Shown here piece by piece: positions 43,746 to 53,911 of a DNA stretch of 58,008 nt (its first letter is position 1; each line of letters opens with the position of its first letter). This DNA comes from Candidatus Magasanikbacteria bacterium RIFCSPHIGHO2_02_FULL_48_18 (lineage in GTDB: Bacteria > Patescibacteriota > Patescibacteriia > Magasanikbacterales > UBA922). The stretch is taken from contig MFQC01000003.1 of assembly GCA_001784285.1 (NCBI GenBank), positions 84,151-142,158 of the forward strand, written 5' to 3'. The translations under genes and the position numbers were made by a program. Below the pieces are notes generated by a model. That model ran no database searches and was not told where the DNA came from. It saw nothing but the letters and a program-made list of their open reading frames with translations.

Positions 43746-44843
43746 ATGGCAAAAGATTATTATGATATTCTCGGCGTAAGCAAAGACTCGTCGGACGACG
43801 ACATAAAAAAAGCGTTTCGGAAACTCGCCCACAAATATCATCCGGACAAAAAAGGCGGCGACGAAACAAAATTTAAAGAAGTCAATGAAGCTTATCAAGT
43901 CTTGGGCAATCCGGAAAAAAGAAAACAATTCGACCAATATGGTGCCACCTTTGACCAACAAGGCGGTTTTGGGGGTGGCGCGACATGGGAAGACTTTATG
44001 CGGGCGGCCAGAAGCGGCCAGGGCGGGGGATCCCAGTTTGATTTTGGCGGCATGGATTTTGGCGACCTCTTTGGAGATATGTTTGGCTTCGGCGGTGGCA
44101 GAAGAGTGCGAAGAGACAGCCGCGGACGCGATATTCAGGTGGATATCGAACTTTCATTTCGCGAGGCGGCCTTTGGAACGGAAAAAGAAATCCGCCTTAC
44201 CAAAAATAATTCCTGCGACGTGTGCGGGGGTTCCGGCGCGGAACCCGGTTCTTCTCTCAAAACATGCGACACCTGCCACGGACGCGGCCAAGTAGCGCAA
44301 ATGCAACGCACCATTCTTGGCGCCATGCAAACCGTCACCGCGTGTCCGACATGCAGGGGACAAGGGCAAAAGGCTGAAAAAATGTGCCAGCATTGCGGAG
44401 GAGACGGAACGGTTCGAAGTGAATCCGTGTATCGCACAAAAATTCCTGCAGGCATTAACGACGGAGAATCCATCCGGCTGAGCGGCAAAGGCGAGGCGGC
44501 CGGGATCAGAGGAACGGCAGGCGACCTGTATATTCAAGTGCATGTTCATGAGGAAAAAGGATTTGAGCGCGATGGCGCAGATGTTTTTACAGAAACGACG
44601 ATTTCATATCCGCAAGCGGTATTGGGCGATACCGTGGACATTCATACGCTTGATGGCATCAAAAAACTTGTCATTCCTGCCGGAACCCAGCCGGGACAGC
44701 AATTTCGTCTCAAAGGACTCGGCATTCCGTATCTGCACGGCGGGGGACGGGGGAGCCAGTTTGTAAAGGTCTTGGTGAGTGTGCCAAAAAAAATAAGCCG
44801 AAAAGGAAAAAAATTGTTGGAAGAATTGCAGGGAGAATTATAA
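43746..44843 (+). CDS. dnaJ: Chaperone DnaJ (type I)
   Basis: J domain with HPD (KYHPDK), a G/F-rich region, and four CxxCxGxG repeats (CDVCGGSG, CDTCHGRG, CPTCRGQG, CQHCGGDG). Confidence 0.95.
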   Translation: MAKDYYDILGVSKDSSDDDIKKAFRKLAHKYHPDKKGGDETKFKEVNEAYQVLGNPEKRKQFDQYGATFDQQGGFGGGATWEDFMRAARSGQGGGSQFDFGGMDFGDLFGDMFGFGGGRRVRRDSRGRDIQVDIELSFREAAFGTEKEIRLTKNNSCDVCGGSGAEPGSSLKTCDTCHGRGQVAQMQRTILGAMQTVTACPTCRGQGQKAEKMCQHCGGDGTVRSESVYRTKIPAGINDGESIRLSGKGEAAGIRGTAGDLYIQVHVHEEKGFERDGADVFTETTISYPQAVLGDTVDIHTLDGIKKLVIPAGTQPGQQFRLKGLGIPYLHGGGRGSQFVKVLVSVPKKISRKGKKLLEELQGEL

Positions 44844-44849
44844 TATAAT

Positions 44850-45383
44850 ATGCTTCCTTCTCTGCCACATCCCTTCTCCCCCGATATTATTTTTTTTGAT
44901 ACCGAATTTAGCGATCTCGACACTCGAACGGGGTCGCTTTTGTCTTTGGGAATGGTAAAACCAAACGGAAAAGAACTGTATATTGAATTTGAACATGATG
45001 GGCAGGTCCATCCATGGGTAGAAAAACATGTGCTACCCACGCTGACACAACAAAAAATAAGCCATGAAACCGCGCAAGGAATGATTCGCCGCTTTATTGG
45101 CACGAACAAAAAGAAAAAACCATACCTCATGGCCTATGTCAATCAGTTCGATGCAATATTTTGGTATCAGCTCTTTGGGTCTCCTCAACATCATCCCGCA
45201 TTTTGGATACCGATTGATTTTGCGTCTATTCTCTTCGCGCACGGCATTGACCCAAACTCAATGGGGAAGCAAAGGTTTTTTGATTGGCTTGGTGTTGACA
45301 AAAAAGGCTTTACACTCCACAATGCGCTTGACGACGCAAGACTTTTGAAGGTGACATATGAAAAATTTTGGGAACGAATTTAA
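44850..45383 (+). CDS. DEDDh 3'-5' exonuclease domain protein (DnaQ/RNase-T-like)
   Basis: IIFFDTEFS (Exo I DxE) and HNALDDARLL (Exo III H-x4-D). Confidence 0.7.
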   Translation: MLPSLPHPFSPDIIFFDTEFSDLDTRTGSLLSLGMVKPNGKELYIEFEHDGQVHPWVEKHVLPTLTQQKISHETAQGMIRRFIGTNKKKKPYLMAYVNQFDAIFWYQLFGSPQHHPAFWIPIDFASILFAHGIDPNSMGKQRFFDWLGVDKKGFTLHNALDDARLLKVTYEKFWERI

Positions 45384-45458
45384 AATATATATGTCGTATA
45401 ATATACATTGTGCGACGCTATTCATATTTCAAAATAACACCCATGCGTACTCCCCGGA

Positions 45459-46517
45459 CTATTGCCAATATACCCTCCCCTCATAGCGAACATCTATATA
45501 CTGGAATGATTGTTCTTGAATTTTTTCTTTTAAAACAATTTGAAAATCTCGAAATTGATCATCTGCAGAGCGAGTCAAATCAACAAAAATTTTCCATCCG
45601 TGATCCGTCTGTATTTCAGCAGACCCCATTTCATCCTTGAGCGCGACATACTCCAGCCGAATATCCGTATACTCCTGAAGAAGGCGAAACCAGGCAATGC
45701 TCCGCTCTACCCATTCCTGCTTCAGGACATGTTCTGGAATAGGTATTTCCTTTTGCCTCATGTCATAGATAATTGGATAATCCCCAAAATCTTGATGAAG
45801 ATTGTCGGCAGGAGGAATGTGCGTGCGTTCAATAACAATTTTTTCTTCTTGGATATTTCCTTCAGCGTCTGTTGACGTGACCATCTGCGTTTTCTCTCGC
45901 CATTCGTCCTCCCCCACCATCCGCAGGCGTTCAACAATTTTTCCGTCAAGTCCAACATACGCATATTCTTGGCCGTTGTCATAAATAAGCGTTGAAATTT
46001 TTTCTTTTATTGCGAGAGACAGCGTATTTGGGAATTCCTTTGCCACAACCACCTCTGATATGGGAAAACGTTCTCTCAGAATTGATTCAATATCAGAGGG
46101 ATCAACAAGAATATATGCGCTTCCAGAAAAAAAGAACCCTTTTTTGGTATGTAATACTCCCGTTATCACATCAAGAAATTCCTGTTCTTCGATACGTTGG
46201 AGACCATCAACGTCTATAGTGCGTATTTGAAATACCGGATGAAAGAGCCACAAAGCTATAACTGTCACGCTTATACAAAAACAGATACAAAGCAGACGTG
46301 TCGTCTTTGATATTCCTTTTTTTGTTTCTTTTCGATATGGATTATAGGATTGATGCGTGCCAAGCCGAGCCCGTTGGCGCGGAAGCGCCATGTCAAAAAG
46401 ATGGCGGAACGTCCTTTTTTGGTGGTTCCACCGTCGTTTTATTTTATGATGATTAAAAATTTTTTTTCGAAACACAAATTTTTGATTTAAGAAAATCCCC
46501 GTTTCTTTTTCCGGCAT
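45459..46517 (-). CDS. ftsQ: FtsQ/DivIB-like cell-division protein (POTRA domain)
   Basis: Basic N-terminus, a single TM segment (LLCICFCISVTVIALWLF), then the POTRA-like FQIRTIDVDGLQRIEEQEFLDVI. Start uncertain (46517 or 46391). Confidence 0.6.
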   Translation of the reverse strand: MPEKETGIFLNQKFVFRKKIFNHHKIKRRWNHQKRTFRHLFDMALPRQRARLGTHQSYNPYRKETKKGISKTTRLLCICFCISVTVIALWLFHPVFQIRTIDVDGLQRIEEQEFLDVITGVLHTKKGFFFSGSAYILVDPSDIESILRERFPISEVVVAKEFPNTLSLAIKEKISTLIYDNGQEYAYVGLDGKIVERLRMVGEDEWREKTQMVTSTDAEGNIQEEKIVIERTHIPPADNLHQDFGDYPIIYDMRQKEIPIPEHVLKQEWVERSIAWFRLLQEYTDIRLEYVALKDEMGSAEIQTDHGWKIFVDLTRSADDQFRDFQIVLKEKIQEQSFQYIDVRYEGRVYWQ

Positions 46518-47524
46518 GTCTCAATAACCCAATTGAGCCAATATCTTGGCGAGAGCGGCAAATCTTGGCACGGAATGAGGTCCTTTTGTTCTCCGCCAAA
46601 TCCTTTTTTAAAATGCGTGATGCCAAAAAACGGATGACGGGCGGACGCGCCGCTTGGCGCGATACCCCAAAAATTGTACCACGCCATCCCCCGGCGCTGT
46701 GCTTCTTGAATCACATGCCATTGCACCAGATACGGCGTTGGCAGACGTTTGTCCTGTTGAAGCGAGGCGCTGTGGCGGTAGCACGCCATATTCCCAAAAA
46801 AAAGAACGATTGCCGATGAATCCACTCTTCCGTCAGGAAGGCGAGCTTCAAAAATGACCGCCTCATTGTCTGTGGCGAACGTGAAAAATTCCGTATCAAT
46901 GAATTGGCGCGAAAAACGATGAAATTTATGACGTTTTTCAATAACATCGGTCATATCGTTCAGCCGCTCGAGAGCCGCGCTCGCCTGTGTCTCTTCCACA
47001 CGAACGCCTTCTTTTTCACAGCGATGAATAAGATTGCGGTGATTTTTTTTCATTTGTGAAAAAAGAATCTCGGGTGGAGGAGATATGTCCAATATCCATG
47101 TATGTTCCGCGAGAATATGCATGGGTGCGGGATGAAATCCAAAAATTTGAAATAAAGAAAGCATGGAGTCATGCCGTTCAAAAAAAGGACTGACGCGGAT
47201 AAAATCATAGTGTTCCTTTTTTGCGAATTGCTCGAGCGCCTGAAAAAAAACTTTAAAAATAATCTTTTTTTCCTTATGTCCGCTGATGATCGGCCCGTAC
47301 GGAAGAAAAAGAAAATTTCCTCTTTTCGCGTGGACCGAGATAACCAAACTCCCCGCAACCAGCTCTCCCCCATCGGCATATACGCCGAATACCCAAAAAT
47401 TTTCTCCCAACGCGCGGTGAAACTCCCCATTCTTCCATGATTGAATAAAAAGAGAGAATGGCTGTTTCAGTAAAAAGTCATCCCACTCCCCTCCTGTATG
47501 AATTTGTCGGACAGAATAGGTCAT
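46487..47524 (-). CDS. FemAB-family peptidoglycan interpeptide-bridge aminoacyltransferase
   Basis: Typical length and typical blocks (FLQSW.W..F, LFLPYGP, YRHSAS, YNFWGI). Confidence 0.75.
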   Translation of the reverse strand: MTYSVRQIHTGGEWDDFLLKQPFSLFIQSWKNGEFHRALGENFWVFGVYADGGELVAGSLVISVHAKRGNFLFLPYGPIISGHKEKKIIFKVFFQALEQFAKKEHYDFIRVSPFFERHDSMLSLFQIFGFHPAPMHILAEHTWILDISPPPEILFSQMKKNHRNLIHRCEKEGVRVEETQASAALERLNDMTDVIEKRHKFHRFSRQFIDTEFFTFATDNEAVIFEARLPDGRVDSSAIVLFFGNMACYRHSASLQQDKRLPTPYLVQWHVIQEAQRRGMAWYNFWGIAPSGASARHPFFGITHFKKGFGGEQKDLIPCQDLPLSPRYWLNWVIETCRKKKRGFS

Positions 47525-48783
47525 ACGGGATGGTCCGTGTAGGCATTCATCATCTCGACAACGCGCGCGATGTCTTTTTCCGTCATGTGTCTTTCTGTGG
47601 GTAAATTCACCGATTCCTCAGCTATTCTCTCGGCGAGAGGACATTCTCCTTGCGTATACCCAAACGTCGACAGATCACACGTCTGCGGGGCGATAACCTG
47701 TGAATACCAATCCCCGAGAATGATGGAATACGTTTTGGCAAATGCTCTGAGACGCTCAGGATTTTTTGTGCGAACGGTATAACGCAATGGGACAAAGGAT
47801 ACATCGTCCACGGGATGCTGAACGGAGGAATTACAAATTTTTGCGCGATATATGAACGAAATTTTTTTTCGTTTTTCATTTACCGTATTAATGGTGTTGA
47901 GCTCTCCTTTCAGGAGATCGGCAAGCGCGTTGGGAAATTGTCTGGGGTAAAACGGCACCGGCTTACCCCGCTTTTCCGGTTTATACATAATTCGATTGGT
48001 CATGTGAAAAAATTTTGCCAAAAAAAGAAGCGCTTTTCCAAAACCAAAAAAGCCATACGTTGCCTTGCCAACAAAAAAAACAGGGACATGAATAAGATGC
48101 TGTATTATTTTAACCCATGAGGACGGACGAAGCCCACGCTCCATCTCCTCCAATTTTTTTGCAAGCGCGGCATCACGGACTATGACAGCGCCACCGCGAA
48201 CGCAGGACATGCTTTTGTCACTCCCAAAACTAAAAAGTCCCACATCGCCAAAGGTTCCTGTGTACTGGCCCCTGTACGACACCCCGAACGAATGCGCGCA
48301 ATCTTCAATAATGGAGAGACGGTGTTCTTTCGCAATCATGCACAACGCATCCAATGCCGCTGGCTGGCCAAAGGTATGCTGGATAATAAGCGTTTTCGCT
48401 TTTTGGTTGATTTTTTGTTTGAGATCGTTCGGATCCATCGTATAATCGTCGCGAATGTCAACAAACACCGGTTCGGCGCCGACCCACCGAATGGCGTTTA
48501 TAACAACGACACAGGTATAGGCCTGCACCAAAACCCTATCCCCCTCTCCCACGCCAAGCGCTTTGAGCGCAAAAAACAATGCCGAACGGCCGCTATCAAA
48601 GAGGACAGCGTGCGGGGTGGAAAAATAATCAAGAATTTTTTGTTTCGTTTCTTCCAGCGCCTCGCCTTTTCGCAATGAAAACCATTTCCATGGCAAAAAA
48701 AGATATGATAGCGCAATTTTTACGTGTGTTCCCGTACTATTTGGACTGAATCCTGTAAAAATAGTCCTTTGTAAGAGAGACAT
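47521..48783 (-). CDS. DegT/DnrJ/EryC1/StrS-family PLP aminotransferase
   Basis: IIEDCAHSFG and FSFGSDKSMSCVRGG (PLP lysine). Confidence 0.85.
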   Translation of the reverse strand: MSLLQRTIFTGFSPNSTGTHVKIALSYLFLPWKWFSLRKGEALEETKQKILDYFSTPHAVLFDSGRSALFFALKALGVGEGDRVLVQAYTCVVVINAIRWVGAEPVFVDIRDDYTMDPNDLKQKINQKAKTLIIQHTFGQPAALDALCMIAKEHRLSIIEDCAHSFGVSYRGQYTGTFGDVGLFSFGSDKSMSCVRGGAVIVRDAALAKKLEEMERGLRPSSWVKIIQHLIHVPVFFVGKATYGFFGFGKALLFLAKFFHMTNRIMYKPEKRGKPVPFYPRQFPNALADLLKGELNTINTVNEKRKKISFIYRAKICNSSVQHPVDDVSFVPLRYTVRTKNPERLRAFAKTYSIILGDWYSQVIAPQTCDLSTFGYTQGECPLAERIAEESVNLPTERHMTEKDIARVVEMMNAYTDHPV

Positions 48784-48789
48784 ATATAC

Positions 48790-50391
48790 TTATAAACCAA
48801 ATACTTCCTTTTGCACCATTGCCGGAATCCGATTTTCAAAAAGAAGAACCGCTTTGCGTTTTTTAAATGTTTGAATATATGCAAGCAATGCTTCATGATT
48901 TTCTTTCAGAACCACTTTTGTCCGAGACTTTTCTCCAACGCCCCTTTTGAGGGGTTCATAAAAATCTTTGGTAATAACGACCAATTCATCGGCAATAAAA
49001 GAAATTTCTTCTCCAATTTGCTCGTGGAGGATCTCGCTTCGTTCCCCCAATTCCATCATGCCCCTTGTCACCACAATACGAGGCACAGAAGACGGAAATG
49101 AAGCAAGGCGCTCCAAAGCAACTCGGAATCCATCGGGATTTGAATTATAGGAATCATTAATTACTTCGGACATTCCATAAGGAACCACCGAAAGCGCGTG
49201 CGATGGATTGCAAATGGTCAAAAATTGTTTTTCCAATACGAAATCTGGAACGCCTAAAAATCGAGCGGCAATATAGGCGGGCGCGATATTGACCATCTGA
49301 TACTCCCCAATAATTTTGGGAAATAGAAACGACCATTTATTTCCTTTGTAAACGCCGGCCGCATGAAGGCCTTCCGCGGTTTGTTCAATGAACGAAACCA
49401 AAAAGGTCGGTTTTTCTCCTTCATCTCCGCCAAATGTTTCCACCTGAGCGGTCAGCTCATGCAAAAATTCACGACAATATGGATTATCGCTATTGGTGAT
49501 GGCAAGTCCATCTTGCGGAATTGAACGGAGCAGTTCATATTTTGCTTTTTGGATATTTCGTATGGAGCCAAATAAGGAAAGGTGCTGTTCATTGATGGCG
49601 GTAAGAATGCCAATTTTCGGCCGGACCATGCGGCATAATTGGGCGATTTCTCCTATGTTGTACGCGCCCATCTCAACCACAAACACTCGAACGCCGACAA
49701 ATGATGTTTTGAGGATAAACGCCGCAACGCCAATTTCCGTATTGACATTTCCGGGAGTGGCACAAACAGAAAAGGATGAGGAGAGGAGGTGGACAAGATG
49801 CGCCTTCACGCTGGTTTTGCCATAGCTCCCGGTGACGCCGATCACAACCATGTCTGCATATTTTGCTATTTTTTTTGTTGCGTATGTGACAAGACATCGT
49901 TTGTATATGCTTCTTGGAATATCCAGAAAAAATACCACCGCGGTGCTGACGTAAAAACGAAAAAGGAATACCACAGCAATAATCGACCAATCACGATAAA
50001 AAAACAAGAAAGAAAATTCAATACAAAGTGAAAAAACGACCGTAGCGATAGCTCGCAGGGTAAACCGAGGCCGCCGGAGTCCGTGGCGCACGGCACGGTG
50101 CGCTCCAAAAAAAACATCTGCACTCAAGAAGAGAAGAAGAATTATTTTGAGTCCAAAAACGCTATTGAGCGGCCAGAAAAATATACAGAGCGCAAACAGT
50201 GTCCGGAAAAACAATGCATAACTGGAAAAATACTGTTTTCCTTGTTTTGTTGAAAGAAAATCTTTAAATTTATCCCACCGGTATTCTTTGAGTTGCCAGA
50301 GAGAACAATGATCGGCATAATCCAAAAAAGCGCTGACAAACCACAGGAGAAAGATGCTGAGATTGAGAGGAGAAAATTCAGGAATGGTCAT
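48790..50391 (-). CDS. murF: MurF-type Mur ligase with an N-terminal polytopic membrane domain
   Basis: About 190 aa with ~5 TM segments, then VIGVTGSYGKTSVK (P-loop), the central domain and the C-terminal Mur ligase domain. Start ATG 50391 overlaps the upstream stop (ATGA). Confidence 0.8.
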   Translation of the reverse strand: MTIPEFSPLNLSIFLLWFVSAFLDYADHCSLWQLKEYRWDKFKDFLSTKQGKQYFSSYALFFRTLFALCIFFWPLNSVFGLKIILLLFLSADVFFGAHRAVRHGLRRPRFTLRAIATVVFSLCIEFSFLFFYRDWSIIAVVFLFRFYVSTAVVFFLDIPRSIYKRCLVTYATKKIAKYADMVVIGVTGSYGKTSVKAHLVHLLSSSFSVCATPGNVNTEIGVAAFILKTSFVGVRVFVVEMGAYNIGEIAQLCRMVRPKIGILTAINEQHLSLFGSIRNIQKAKYELLRSIPQDGLAITNSDNPYCREFLHELTAQVETFGGDEGEKPTFLVSFIEQTAEGLHAAGVYKGNKWSFLFPKIIGEYQMVNIAPAYIAARFLGVPDFVLEKQFLTICNPSHALSVVPYGMSEVINDSYNSNPDGFRVALERLASFPSSVPRIVVTRGMMELGERSEILHEQIGEEISFIADELVVITKDFYEPLKRGVGEKSRTKVVLKENHEALLAYIQTFKKRKAVLLFENRIPAMVQKEVFGL

Positions 50392-51107
50392 AGCCGTAAA
50401 AACTCTTCTATGGCGCGAAGCAATACGGCTTGCGTTGGGTGGTGATGCAATCCATGACGACCATTTGGTATGCATACCCATGTGGCATTTGGAAGAAGGC
50501 GTGCCATTTTTTTTCCGTGTCGAACTGGCGTGACTTTATCTTTTTTCCCCCAAACCACCAACGTCGGCATCGCAATAGAAGGCAAAAATGCACGCATGTC
50601 TTGGCGAATAACGTTTTGGTATATGTCGCGGGATATCCCTGTCGTTGTCGCATAATCTGAATGCAGAAATCGCGCATAGAAAAATTTTTTAAGACGCTCT
50701 TTCTGTTTTTGAAATGGAAAAAAAAGAAACATGATACGGGCTAATCGAGCGCCAAAACCAAAAAAAAACCGACGAATCGCATGCCGAGGCCGCACCACTG
50801 CCGCGCCGACCAAAATAAGCGCCGCGAAGCGGACAGGATACTGAGAGACAAGATACGTGGCAACCTGGCCGCCAAATGAATGCCCCAATAATACAAGCGG
50901 GAAATCGCTTCCAAAATGACGCAATCGTTCAAATGCAAATTGCGCATATTCCTCGACCCCCCACACGGTCGGCGGGCATGGTTCGTCTCCAAAACAGGGA
51001 AGGTCAACAACGGTTACTTTTGAAAACACCGCATTTGCCTTAGCAACAAACTCTTGCCAGGTTGTATGACTTCCTCCCCACCCCGGAAGAATAACCAAAT
51101 GGTACAT
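50388..51107 (-). CDS. Alpha/beta hydrolase
   Basis: LPGWGGS, nucleophile elbow GHSFGG, and C-terminal PNGRHGLH. Confidence 0.75.
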   Translation of the reverse strand: MYHLVILPGWGGSHTTWQEFVAKANAVFSKVTVVDLPCFGDEPCPPTVWGVEEYAQFAFERLRHFGSDFPLVLLGHSFGGQVATYLVSQYPVRFAALILVGAAVVRPRHAIRRFFFGFGARLARIMFLFFPFQKQKERLKKFFYARFLHSDYATTTGISRDIYQNVIRQDMRAFLPSIAMPTLVVWGKKDKVTPVRHGKKMARLLPNATWVCIPNGRHGLHHHPTQAVLLRAIEEFLRL

Positions 51108-51137
51108 ACAAAAAAAATGGAACAAACCAAGAGAGCA

Positions 51138-52373
51138 TTAGCCGATATACTCTTTGTGGAAAAATGGACGAAGTTTTTCCGGAATGCGAATGCGCCCGTC
51201 TTTCTGTTGATGTTGTTCCACAAATGCAAGGGGGAAACGGCTCAGCGCAATGGCGGTGCCGTTCAGCGTATGGACAAAGTCGGTTCCTTTTTCTGTTTTA
51301 TACCGTATGTTCAGACGGCGAGCCTGATAATCCGTACAATTACTTGTACTGGTAATTTCCCCATACCCCTGCTTCATAACCATCCATGCTTCAATATCAA
51401 ATTTTCGGTATGCGGGGTTGCCCAAATCTCCGGAGGCCACATCAATAACGCGATATGCGAGTTCCAATCCATCACAAATTTCTTTCTCTATATCCAACAA
51501 TTCGCGATGGAGAGATTCGCTCTCTTCTGGCTTGCAAAAAATGAACATTTCCAATTTGGTAAATTGATGCACCCGGTATAAGCCTTTGCTGGTCCGTCCA
51601 TACGATCCCGCTTCGGTCCGAAAACAATGTGACAGCGCGGCATAGCGAAGCGGCCCTTTGCCAAGATCAAGAACTTCATCGGCATGGTACCCAAGTGTCG
51701 TAATTTCGGCCGTGCCAATAAGGCTCAAATTTTCTTCTTCAATATTATATATCTGCTTTTCTGCGCCTCGCGGATTGAATCCGGCGCCAACAAGAATATC
51801 CTGCTTCGCCAAATCCGGTGTTTCCATAATCACAAATCCTTTCTGCGAGAGAATTTCCATGCCGTACTGGATCAATGCCTGATTAAGGCGAACAAAATCG
51901 TTTTTTACAAAATAAAATTTGCTTCCCGTGACTTTGGCTCCGCGCTCAAAATCAACCATATCCAAATTGGTCAGAAGCGCTTCGTGATCTTTGGGTTCAA
52001 AATCAAATGCCGGCGCCTCGTGCTGAATTTCCAAAACGACAAAATCTTCCTCTCCTCCGACCGGCGTATCCGGATGGGTGAGATTCGGAACTGTTTTCAG
52101 CATGGCGGCATATTGTTCGTGAGTTGATTCAAGAATACGCTCGCCTTCTCTGATTTCATCGCCCAATGCCCGCAGAGCGATAATCTGGTCTTCGGTTGGC
52201 TTGGTTTTTGACATGGCATTTCTTTTTGCCCGCAATACATCCACTTGTGCCTGTATGTTTTTTCTCTTTTCATCAAGCGCCAACAATGCGTCCACATCGA
52301 AAACGACACGGCGATTGACGCAATTCTGTTTTACCCGTTCCGGGTACGACCGTATAAAAGAGATATCAAGCAT
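51138..52373 (-). CDS. serS: Seryl-tRNA synthetase
   Basis: N-terminal coiled-coil arm and class II motifs (FRTEAGSYGRTSKGLYRVHQF, GTAIALSR). Confidence 0.95.
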   Translation of the reverse strand: MLDISFIRSYPERVKQNCVNRRVVFDVDALLALDEKRKNIQAQVDVLRAKRNAMSKTKPTEDQIIALRALGDEIREGERILESTHEQYAAMLKTVPNLTHPDTPVGGEEDFVVLEIQHEAPAFDFEPKDHEALLTNLDMVDFERGAKVTGSKFYFVKNDFVRLNQALIQYGMEILSQKGFVIMETPDLAKQDILVGAGFNPRGAEKQIYNIEEENLSLIGTAEITTLGYHADEVLDLGKGPLRYAALSHCFRTEAGSYGRTSKGLYRVHQFTKLEMFIFCKPEESESLHRELLDIEKEICDGLELAYRVIDVASGDLGNPAYRKFDIEAWMVMKQGYGEITSTSNCTDYQARRLNIRYKTEKGTDFVHTLNGTAIALSRFPLAFVEQHQQKDGRIRIPEKLRPFFHKEYIG

Positions 52374-52383
52374 AGCGTAGAGA

Positions 52384-53460
52384 TTACAATTTGTGAGTAG
52401 CAAGGCTTTTCTTCAATTCTGGCAATATATGTTTGTATAAAACGGCATTATTACCAACCAATGGATAGGAGAGAACCTCATCAAGACCAAACCATCGCTT
52501 GTCCAGCACTTCCTCGTCGCTCCCCTTTCCGTCTCCTCCAATAATTCGAGTTATATACATAAGGAGATACACTTGAAAATGCACATGTTTTTCAAATCTC
52601 TGCACTTCATCAATGCCAACATACCGGATCTGGTCAACAATTTCGATGGCATACCCCGCTTCTTCGTATACTTCTCTTTTGAGCGTTTCTTCAATGTCTT
52701 CGCCCATTTCAACGCTTCCGCCCGGAAATTCCCACCGTCCGTGAACCTCTGGCACATGCGGATCATTGCGCTGGCTCATGAGAATTTTTCCTTCTCGAAT
52801 AATCAATGCAAGCGGAACCACGATGTGTTGCCCGCCATAGGTTTGTTGAATAAAATATCGCATGGTGCTCATGGCTTTTCCCCGATGGCTGATATCATTT
52901 TTTTCTTGAACAGTCATATCGCCATATGTTTTATTGACCGGACGGCCATAGGCATCATTTTCCGTCACATAAAAAATTCGATTAAATCCATACTCCATCT
53001 TGGCAGGAGCCGCAGGAATTTCAGAAAGAATGCGTCCGTGTATTTTCCCCATAGATACAAAAAGAGAATCCTGTTGTGGATCGCACAATGCCAGCGCCAC
53101 CTGAAACGAGGCCGTTCTTTTCATATCCGGCTTTTCTGATAATTTGTTTAAAACCGTTTTGCATTTTTCGTCACTGGTATCGGCGACCCGCGCGCTTTTC
53201 ACCCCCGGCCACCCTGGCACCGCATCGAGAAATAAACCGGCGTCATCCGCAAGTGTCACCATGTTCGTTTTTTGCGCATAATACCGCGCTTTAATAATTG
53301 CATTTTCTTCTATCGTTTCGGCAGGTTCGTCCGGAGGAGGAAAAGACATGCCTAAATCCTCAAGAGTGAGCACAGATAAAAAAGGAAGATGGAGCAAACC
53401 CTGCCGCAATTCTTCTTTTTTTCCTTTATTGGTTGTCGCCAAAAGAATGGTTATATCCAT
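52384..53460 (-). CDS. rdgB: RdgB/HAM1-type non-canonical NTP pyrophosphatase fused to a Nudix (MutT-like) domain
   Basis: The N-terminal half has LATTNKGKKEEL and DDAGLFLDA..G.PGV.SAR. The C-terminal half carries the Nudix box GGSVEMGEDIEETLKREVYEEAG. Confidence 0.85.
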   Translation of the reverse strand: MDITILLATTNKGKKEELRQGLLHLPFLSVLTLEDLGMSFPPPDEPAETIEENAIIKARYYAQKTNMVTLADDAGLFLDAVPGWPGVKSARVADTSDEKCKTVLNKLSEKPDMKRTASFQVALALCDPQQDSLFVSMGKIHGRILSEIPAAPAKMEYGFNRIFYVTENDAYGRPVNKTYGDMTVQEKNDISHRGKAMSTMRYFIQQTYGGQHIVVPLALIIREGKILMSQRNDPHVPEVHGRWEFPGGSVEMGEDIEETLKREVYEEAGYAIEIVDQIRYVGIDEVQRFEKHVHFQVYLLMYITRIIGGDGKGSDEEVLDKRWFGLDEVLSYPLVGNNAVLYKHILPELKKSLATHKL

Positions 53461-53470
53461 ATGCCAATCT

Positions 53471-53890
53471 TTATGTCACCTTTTCAATATACCGTCTAAT
53501 TTTGGACGTTTTAAATTTTTCCGGTTTCCATGCCGACAATCGCACGATTCGAATTTCAAGCTTAAAATCAGAAATAGCGTGAACCAGTTTATCGACAAAT
53601 ACTTTTTGATCATACCCAAGCGCAATAATGTCTGGTTTGATATGACTGATAATTTTATACGGATCGTTTTTATCTCCTAATACGACCTCATCCGCCAATG
53701 AAATATATGTCAAAAGACCTTTCCGTTCTTTTTCAGAATGAAATGGGGCCATGCCTTTGATTTTTTCGGCATTGGCGTCTCTCGCGACAACAACAACAAG
53801 CCGATCGCCATACGCTTTTGCCTCTTCAAACATATGAATGTGCCCAAAATGAACAATATCAAATGTCCCAAAAATCATCACTGTTTTCAT
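53471..53890 (-). CDS. Cytidylyltransferase-family nucleotidyltransferase, RibL-like (possible FMN adenylyltransferase)
   Basis: GTFDIVHFGH (HxGH) and VVVARD. Length and layout match archaeal RibL. Confidence 0.65.
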   Translation of the reverse strand: MKTVMIFGTFDIVHFGHIHMFEEAKAYGDRLVVVVARDANAEKIKGMAPFHSEKERKGLLTYISLADEVVLGDKNDPYKIISHIKPDIIALGYDQKVFVDKLVHAISDFKLEIRIVRLSAWKPEKFKTSKIRRYIEKVT

Positions 53891-53911
53891 ACGCTATTCC
53901 GGATAATGATA

